From: a virus
Taxonomy: Duplodnaviria > Heunggongvirae > Uroviricota > Caudoviricetes
IMG/VR virus record: IMGVR_UViG_2724679543_000008
Direction: 5' to 3' (one strand)
Length of the DNA: 4,589 nt
Made by a program: the position numbers and the translations under genes
The notes under the pieces: generated by a model
Seen by the model: the letters and a program-made list of their open reading frames with translations, nothing else
Database searches by the model: none
What the model was told of the DNA's origin: nothing
Shown: piece after piece, positions 1 to 4,589 of the stretch
Layout: each line of letters starts with the position of its first letter
How positions within the stretch are numbered: the stretch's first letter is position 1

Positions 1-58
1 TGTTGTTCTGAGGTGAGCATATCACCTCTGTTCAGGTGGCCAAATTCAGTGTGCCACT

Positions 59-205
59 TCAGGACGGTAAGCCTGACAGGTAGCCCGGAATGAGGGTCTT
101 GATAGCGAGCGACAACGGATAGGACTGACCGTCCAGACTCACAGTGTTTTCATAAAGGTTGATGTCGGTGACTGACAGCTTCCAGTTGTTGTTGTTGAAC
201 ATCAT
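59..205 (-). CDS. hypothetical small protein, 48 aa (MMFNNNNWKLSVTDINLYENTVSLDGQSYPLSLAIKTLIPGYLSGLPS)
   Basis: Hand-translated minus-strand ORF, ATG at 205-203 (second in-frame ATG at 202-200), TGA stop at 61-59. Strong SD GAGGAG 8 nt upstream of the ATG (rc of ctcctc at 214-219). Same strand as the Rha operon. Absent from the ORF track, which appears to list only ORFs of about 60 aa or more. No recognisable domain. Confidence 0.35.
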   Translation of the reverse strand: MMFNNNNWKLSVTDINLYENTVSLDGQSYPLSLAIKTLIPGYLSGLPS

Positions 206-324
206 AGGTAATTCTCCTCTTGAGAGTTGAGACTATCGGTATCGCAGGCACAGTAAGGCCTACGGGTCTCCCCGCATCGGTCATCTCAAAAGGTGTTTAA
301 ATTAGGTATTGAGTAGGTGAGCTA

Positions 325-501
325 CTAACGGTTAAGCGGCAGTTTCATAGCGACCAGTTGGGCTATTAGCTCGTCTCGGGATTGGTGCTGGCGGGTCTCA
401 TCTTCCGGGTCTAGACCAAGCTCTCTGAGGAGGACTTCAGTCCGGTAGCCACGGTAACGGAGAGTCATGCGCCCCTCAGGTGTGCGCGGGTCAATCATCA
501 T
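325..501 (-). CDS. hypothetical small protein, 58 aa (MMIDPRTPEGRMTLRYRGYRTEVLLRELGLDPEDETRQHQSRDELIAQLVAMKLPLNR)
   Basis: Hand-translated minus-strand ORF, ATG at 501-499, TAG stop at 327-325. The ATG lies 1 nt after the TAA stop of the upstream Rha-like gene (503-505), with a GGAGG SD inside the Rha 3' end, suggesting translational coupling. Absent from the ORF track (below length cut-off). No recognisable domain. Confidence 0.4.
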   Translation of the reverse strand: MMIDPRTPEGRMTLRYRGYRTEVLLRELGLDPEDETRQHQSRDELIAQLVAMKLPLNR

Positions 502-502
502 C

Positions 503-1249
503 TTAGATTCCCTCCACCTTACCGGATTGTGCCAGCTTCAGGAGGTGCTCTTGCTTCTGCTGGTCGGTGCCAGTGAATGCAATAAGGATGCCTCGCATCT
601 TGTCAACCATCTCAGGCTTACCGAAGACCTCCAGCCCCTTAGCGTTGAACCGGAAGTTATACCCACCTGCTGAGAACTTCTGGTCTGACGGCTTAATGAT
701 ACGAAAGCAGTCGGAATACTTCGGATTTACAGACCACTCGTTACTGATTGGGTTCTTACGAAAGAGGCCACGATGCTGGAGAAGTGCGGTCATTAGCTTC
801 TGAGCGGGCAGACCATAGGTTTTGCAGTAGTCGCCCCAAGTCACGCCTCGGCGGTTAGCGGACTGAATGGCTGCTCGCTTCTTCTGGTCTTCCAGTTGAA
901 GGACTCGACGCTCTAACGTCTGAATATGGTCGTAACACTTGGCGCGGAGGTGAACGGAATAGCCAGCGACCAGAATGAAAGTATGCTTACGGTCGAGACG
1001 ATACATTGTTCGGCTCTCACCTTTCGCGTCCTTGTATACTTCCTCGCCAACGAGCCCAAATTTGGACCCGTTAAGCTCGCTGCTCAAAGTTGAGCAGTGC
1101 TCAGTTTTGGCCCCGTTAAGCTCTTCGACCATATTACGAATATCTCGTAAAACGTGTTTATGTTCTTTTCCTGTCAGCTCAGCAATTTCAACTGAGGTCA
1201 TGGACACAAGCTGGTCGAGGTTAATGATGCTGATTTCTTGTTGGGACAT
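503..1249 (-). CDS. Rha-family phage regulatory protein / antirepressor-like protein, 248 aa
   Basis: ORF-track ORF with ATG start. Canonical SD AAGGAG (rc of ctcctt at 1259-1264) 9 nt upstream. N-terminal segment SMTSVEIAELTGKEHKHVLRDIRNM resembles the conserved core of the Rha domain (recalled motif of the form ssrEIAELtGKrHdnVlRDI). C-terminal half is compatible with an antirepressor-type (KilAC/ANT-like) domain, but that is a weaker, memory-based call. Confidence 0.8.
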   Translation of the reverse strand: MSQQEISIINLDQLVSMTSVEIAELTGKEHKHVLRDIRNMVEELNGAKTEHCSTLSSELNGSKFGLVGEEVYKDAKGESRTMYRLDRKHTFILVAGYSVHLRAKCYDHIQTLERRVLQLEDQKKRAAIQSANRRGVTWGDYCKTYGLPAQKLMTALLQHRGLFRKNPISNEWSVNPKYSDCFRIIKPSDQKFSAGGYNFRFNAKGLEVFGKPEMVDKMRGILIAFTGTDQQKQEHLLKLAQSGKVEGI

Positions 1250-1563
1250 TTACGTGTACTCCTTTTGTTTGCACCCTGAAGTCGCACCCCACTGACCTAC
1301 TCAAGCCCCCACGTAAAGGGAGACCAGCAGGCAACAGGACGCAAACAGAATGACTTGAGGTAATTGGGGTTAGTGGTCTGCGATGACCATAGAGATGAAG
1401 GTTCGACAGCATGTCCGAGCGTGTGTGGTGATAGACTTAAGTCACGAGACCAAAGAACACACAGGCTGACCAGAGGCTGTCTTGCCTTAGGCTGGTGGCT
1501 AGCTTGCTAGCGTGGACCACGGTTTCTCGCTTGCCGTCTCTCAGGAGGTCAGAGGCGAGATAT

Positions 1564-1586
1564 GGTCCCTATAGTGATAGTTTAGT
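1564..1586 (-). promoter_or_regulatory. T7-family phage RNAP promoter-like site P1 (-17..+6), predicted +1 G at 1569, transcribing leftward
   Basis: Minus-strand sequence ACTAAACTAT CACTATA G GGACC. Positions -8..+3 (TCACTATAGGG) are identical to the T7 class III consensus TAATACGACTCACTATAGGGAGA; the -17..-9 region diverges. Lies ~320 nt upstream of the Rha-like gene on the same strand. Confidence 0.6.
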
Positions 1587-2124
1587 CAAACAGGAATGAA
1601 CTTCGGAGAACTTGACGCGAAAGTGTTCAGTACTTCCAGTAAGACCCGAAGCATGGAGACCACATCATAGCGACCATAATTTTACTTCGGGTTGGCGGGA
1701 GTGGAGGCTGGACTTAAAGTTCTTCTTATTGGAATTGTGATAACACAATCCATAACAAGATAAACTCATGGTCTCCTCCAGCCTGCTGGTCAAGACTCAA
1801 AGCTCCAACCTCAGACACCACTGATCTAACCTCTTTGAGTTTCCGCCTGTCCACAAATGGATGGCAGACCTCAGTAATGGTGTCTTGGTTCTTCAGTTAT
1901 CCGCGCAGCGATTATCACAGAGCCAACTTAAAGTCGGATGTGGTCTACTGCTCCCCGCCTGTCAAAAGGGAAGATAGCTTACGTTAAAAGGAATGGTCTC
2001 AGGCCAAGGTGATTTAACACTAGGCGTCTGCGGATGGTTTCCAATCGGTCCGCTACCGGAAGCCTGAGACTTAATGAATGTGTGTATGGGTCGTGACTGC
2101 TATTAAGGTGGGGACTTAGGGTCT

Positions 2125-2147
2125 CTCCCCTATAGTGATAGTTAAGG
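2125..2147 (-). promoter_or_regulatory. T7-family phage RNAP promoter-like site P2 (-17..+6), predicted +1 G at 2130
   Basis: Minus-strand sequence CCTTAACTAT CACTATA G GGGAG. Shares a 16-nt identical block with P1 (plus-strand ccctatagtgatagtt). Core -8..+3 identical to T7 consensus. Confidence 0.6.
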
Positions 2148-2152
2148 GTCCA

Positions 2153-2175
2153 TTCCTCTATAGTGAGGTGTATTA
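2153..2175 (-). promoter_or_regulatory. T7-family phage RNAP promoter-like site P3 (-17..+6), predicted +1 G at 2158
   Basis: Minus-strand sequence TAATACACCT CACTATA G AGGAA. Differs from the T7 consensus TAATACGACT CACTATA G GGAGA at -11 (A for G) and -10 (C for A), plus +2 (A for G) and +5/+6 in the initially transcribed region; 19/23 overall. Directly tandem with P2 (start sites 28 bp apart). Confidence 0.65.
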
Positions 2176-2367
2176 TCGCTCAAGCACTGGGCCACATTGA
2201 CACACCACTGACGCCAAAAGCTAACATCAGACTTCTGCGCTCGGCTGCTGGAAGGTAACCTTCAGAAGGCCTGTAACCATTATCAGAAATCTCATGGTCA
2301 ATATGCTTTGCCATTTCAATGTATTTTGCAAGGCGCTCAACAGTTAATCCCCGAAATTGTTCAGAGT

Positions 2368-2787
2368 TTACCGCCAGGACACTTTTGCAATATCGTCTTG
2401 GTTATCCAAATGATCCGCCGAGAAATTAAAGCTCGAAGTATACGAATCGCCGTGAGCAATAGCGTCTCTTACCTCAAGACACTCTTTGATAATTTGGTAA
2501 GGTTTTGTCCCCATATAATTGTTTATACCGCACAATTTTAACGTATTCTTGTGCATTGTCTTTCTGCACTCTTTCTGCGTCTTATCGTAGCCGGGGTCAA
2601 CCTGTTTTCTATAGAAGATGAACATTGCCTCAATAGCAAAAGCAGTAAATATTATACCTGTGCGGCAATGATGCTCACGTTGCCAATCTTCCGAAGCCAT
2701 TCCAGCCAGCCCCAAACAAGTTTCAGCAGTATTCATACATTCATATGAAGGCTTATTTTCTTTGCTAACTAAAAATTCTTTGACCAT
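2368..2787 (-). CDS. hypothetical protein, 139 aa (AT-rich accessory/cargo gene; possible HEPN-like Rx4H motif)
   Basis: ORF-track ORF with ATG start at 2787 and SD-like GAGGA 4 nt upstream. Starts 31 nt downstream of the integrase stop on the same strand. Markedly lower GC than flanking genes (hand count: 23/60 GC in 2521-2580 versus 36/60 in 3421-3480). Contains EVRDAIAHGDSY near the C-terminus, which fits the R-x4-H signature used by HEPN-type RNases, but a single motif is weak evidence. Confidence 0.6.
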   Translation of the reverse strand: MVKEFLVSKENKPSYECMNTAETCLGLAGMASEDWQREHHCRTGIIFTAFAIEAMFIFYRKQVDPGYDKTQKECRKTMHKNTLKLCGINNYMGTKPYQIIKECLEVRDAIAHGDSYTSSFNFSADHLDNQDDIAKVSWR

Positions 2788-2818
2788 TACGTCCTCACAT
2801 TCCGCTATCCCTATGCGA

Positions 2819-4429
2819 TTACTTTCCGTCTATTTTTTTTACTGACAATGACTCCGCTAATTTTTCTTTCAGCGTTTCCACCTCGACCTCTTTCGCGTAA
2901 CGGTCGTAAGTTATAGACCCTGAGCTATGACCCATAATCGCCTGAGCATACGCTAACTCGACCCCATGTTGTTTTAACTGGGTCGCAACTGTATGTCTAA
3001 ACGAGTGAAAAGCTAAGCCGCTACGGTCAGCGAGGACTTTGGGCAGCAACGTTCGGTTAAACCACTTGCTAACCTGCTCACCGTAGCCGTTCTTCATTAG
3101 CTTGAGGCCATTGAACACCATAGCATTATCACCCTCAGTCTTTCTACGGTCTTCCACGAGTGACATAAAGTCAGCCAATACAAAACCATAAGCACCATCT
3201 ACCAACGGGACACAGCGGTCACTGTGGGCGTTCTTGATACTCTTACCCGGCAGGCTGCTATCGTCTTCGTTGATATGGATAAAAACGGTCCCAGCCTCAG
3301 TGGTCCTGACATCTTTAACCTGAAGTTGGGCCACCTCGTTAAGTCTCGCACCTGTAATCGCAGCCAGAGCGGTGACGTAATAATGGTATGGCTTACCTGA
3401 GGTCTTCTGCGAGTACGCTTTAGCTGCGACCAGTAGTTGCCCTACCTGCTCAGGACTGAACGCATCACGAGCGTCGGAGGCTTTACGCTGAGGGACTTTC
3501 AGCTCAAGACCTTCGGTCAGGTTCTTAGCTATCAAGTCGTTGCGTACCGCCCACTTAAACACAGCAGCCATCTTGATAAGATATTTATTGTTAATGGTAA
3601 CGACGTCCAGACAGTCAGTCTTAGACTCCCGGTTCAGCAAGTCAGACAGCGGCATAGACTTAAAGCGTTGCTTGCGGTTCTTCGGTAGCTGCTGGAGGAC
3701 TTCACGAACTCTGAGCATATCTGCACGGGTCGCCTTGCCGACATCCTGAATATCCAGATAGTCGAATATCTCGATTAGCGTAGAGTGTGACGCTCGGTTT
3801 TCGCTTAGGGTCGCTGGCTTCCAGTTCTGGGCGTTCTCCTGCTCGTACTGCTCAATGAGAGACGCGAGGGTCAGTGCTTTAGGTTCAGGGACTTCAGGTT
3901 CCGCCAATACAGATAGGGAGACGGACGGTCTTAGACTGCCAGTCTCAGGCTCAAGGTAAGACAATAGGCCAGAGCTATCGCCATTGAGTCTATCCTGACA
4001 GGCCTTAAGCACACCGATAACGTCATTAATATAGCGATGCTGGTCTACAGTCAGACGCTCGGTCGCTACAGCTTCCCGAAGGTTGGACTTAATGTCATCG
4101 TACTGGTCAACGTAAAGCTGGTAGGACTCCGGGTCGTTCAGGTCATCACGGCTGACACTAAGTTCCCACTCGACAATGGTCTTCAGGTGCTCCCGTAGCT
4201 CCTCATAAGAGGCGTTAGGGTTGTCTGCATGGATTGCTTTAAGTGCTGACTTGATGTGCCGTGAGTGAGCCATAGCGGTACGTCTATCCTTGGTCCGTAA
4301 AGATACTGACGCTAGTTTATAACGGTTGTGAGAAGGAAGCGAAGCGGTCAGGCGACTAGTGGTCTTCATCCTAAGACGGATGTAAAAGACACCATTACGC
4401 TGATAAAGGTAGGTTCTTGACTTGAGCAT
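2819..4429 (-). CDS. int: tyrosine site-specific recombinase (phage-type integrase), 536 aa
   Basis: ORF-track ORF with ATG start and AAGG SD 9 nt upstream. C-terminal catalytic domain carries the recalled tyrosine-recombinase signatures: TGARLNE (box I Arg), HSFRHT (H-x-x-R box II), GHSSGSITYDRY (catalytic Tyr). N-terminus (YLYQRNGVFYIRLR) resembles integrase arm-binding N-termini. Sits immediately downstream of a tRNA 3' end on the same strand, the classic island/prophage arrangement. Confidence 0.9.
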   Translation of the reverse strand: MLKSRTYLYQRNGVFYIRLRMKTTSRLTASLPSHNRYKLASVSLRTKDRRTAMAHSRHIKSALKAIHADNPNASYEELREHLKTIVEWELSVSRDDLNDPESYQLYVDQYDDIKSNLREAVATERLTVDQHRYINDVIGVLKACQDRLNGDSSGLLSYLEPETGSLRPSVSLSVLAEPEVPEPKALTLASLIEQYEQENAQNWKPATLSENRASHSTLIEIFDYLDIQDVGKATRADMLRVREVLQQLPKNRKQRFKSMPLSDLLNRESKTDCLDVVTINNKYLIKMAAVFKWAVRNDLIAKNLTEGLELKVPQRKASDARDAFSPEQVGQLLVAAKAYSQKTSGKPYHYYVTALAAITGARLNEVAQLQVKDVRTTEAGTVFIHINEDDSSLPGKSIKNAHSDRCVPLVDGAYGFVLADFMSLVEDRRKTEGDNAMVFNGLKLMKNGYGEQVSKWFNRTLLPKVLADRSGLAFHSFRHTVATQLKQHGVELAYAQAIMGHSSGSITYDRYAKEVEVETLKEKLAESLSVKKIDGK

Positions 4430-4563
4430 GTACTGAGACCTTAGGTCTGCTCACTACTTCAACAAAGTTAGTCACAGTGTTGGTTACAGTGAGTAAAACT
4501 ATCGGAAGGCGTTAAGCCGTATCCCTTAGGATTCAGTAAGTTAGTAGACTTTAAGAAGTGTCA

Positions 4564-4589
4564 TGGAGCGGGCGAAGGGAATCGAACCC
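4564..4589 (-). tRNA. glyU: tRNA gene, 3' portion only (T-arm, acceptor 3' strand, discriminator, CCA); consistent with tRNA-Gly (CCC, glyU-type); 5' part lies beyond the window edge
   Basis: Minus strand reads GGGTTCGATTCCCTTCGCCCGCTCCA: T-loop TTCGATT, T-stem 3' strand CCCTT, 7-nt acceptor strand CGCCCGC, discriminator T, encoded CCA ending at 4564. This matches my recollection of the 3' end of enterobacterial tRNA-Gly(CCC). The anticodon is outside the window, so the isotype is recalled, not demonstrated. Confidence 0.65.

Larger units (their letters stand above)
1..4589. mobile_element. partial integrated element (prophage / phage satellite / genomic island), tRNA-proximal end; extends beyond the left edge of the window
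   Basis: tRNA 3' end followed by a co-oriented integrase, then phage-type regulatory gene (Rha), phage-RNAP promoter-like sites and a compositionally atypical cargo ORF. All features are on one strand. Confidence 0.6.

Noticed and set aside
467-803. Plus-strand ORFs 467..673 (68 aa) and 567..803 (78 aa)
   Set aside because: Both lie entirely antisense to the well-supported Rha-like CDS, have no convincing SD, and give low-complexity translations. Most likely shadow ORFs.
975-1295. Plus-strand ORF 975..1295 (106 aa)
   Set aside because: Antisense to the Rha-like CDS and runs into its SD/start region. Ser/Leu-rich translation typical of an antisense frame.
1221-1412. Minus-strand ORF 1221..1412 (63 aa)
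   Set aside because: No SD upstream of its ATG; it overlaps the Rha SD and start codon in another frame and lies in the leader. Treated as non-coding.
345-1676. 12-mer tcatagcgacca repeated at 345-356 and 1665-1676, and 9-mer ccgcctgtc repeated at 1844-1852 and 1956-1964
   Set aside because: Direct repeats of 9-12 nt are close to chance expectation in 4.6 kb (about 40 pairs expected for 9-mers, about 0.6 for 12-mers under equal base frequencies), with no additional supporting structure.
1564-2175. The promoter-like sites as laboratory vector contamination
   Set aside because: None is the exact vector T7 promoter TAATACGACTCACTATAG; two have a divergent upstream region, and the flanking sequence is phage/island-like rather than cloning-vector-like.
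2180-2314. Minus-strand 44-aa ORF (MAKHIDHEISDNGYRPSEGYLPAAERRSLMLAFGVSGVSMWPSA) between the 139-aa ORF and P3
   Set aside because: No recognisable SD upstream of the ATG, and its stop abuts the promoter-like site. Cannot be supported as a gene from sequence alone.
2604-2618. SP6-like motif ctatagaag on the plus strand
   Set aside because: Only the -4..+4 portion resembles an SP6-type promoter; the upstream recognition region does not match, and it lies inside the AT-rich 139-aa ORF. Likely chance.
2308-2748. Plus-strand ORFs 2308..2541 (77 aa, apparent TTG start) and 2551..2748 (65 aa)
   Set aside because: Antisense to the 139-aa ORF, non-ATG start for the first, no SD. More parsimonious as shadow ORFs in an AT-rich region.
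3437-3749. Plus-strand ORFs 3437..3688 and 3540..3749
   Set aside because: Embedded antisense within the integrase CDS, which has clear catalytic motifs.
1-4589. CRISPR array, rRNA, IS element or transposase
   Set aside because: No regularly spaced repeats, no rRNA-like conserved blocks, and no transposase-like ORF or terminal inverted repeats were seen.

Overview
The window looks like the tRNA-proximal end of an integrated mobile element (prophage, satellite or genomic island). Everything I can support lies on the minus strand. From right to left: the 3' end of a tRNA gene (last 26 nt including CCA, consistent with tRNA-Gly); a ~134-bp candidate attL/int-regulatory region; a 536-aa tyrosine recombinase (integrase); a 139-aa AT-rich cargo ORF of unknown function; three promoter-like sites for a T7-family single-subunit phage RNA polymerase (two directly tandem, one ~560 bp further on); a ~540-bp coding-poor stretch; a ~320-nt leader; a 248-aa Rha-family regulator/antirepressor-like protein; and two small ORFs with good Shine-Dalgarno sites (58 aa and 48 aa) that fall below the length cut-off of the supplied ORF track. 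No gene for the cognate RNA polymerase is present in this window. The most interesting signal is the phage-RNAP promoter set inside an integrase/tRNA-associated element: either the end of a temperate T7-like prophage, or an element whose cargo is only expressed (and possibly replicated) when an infecting T7-like phage supplies its polymerase. I found no CRISPR array, rRNA or transposase. All homology statements are from reading the sequence and recalled motifs; no database search was run.
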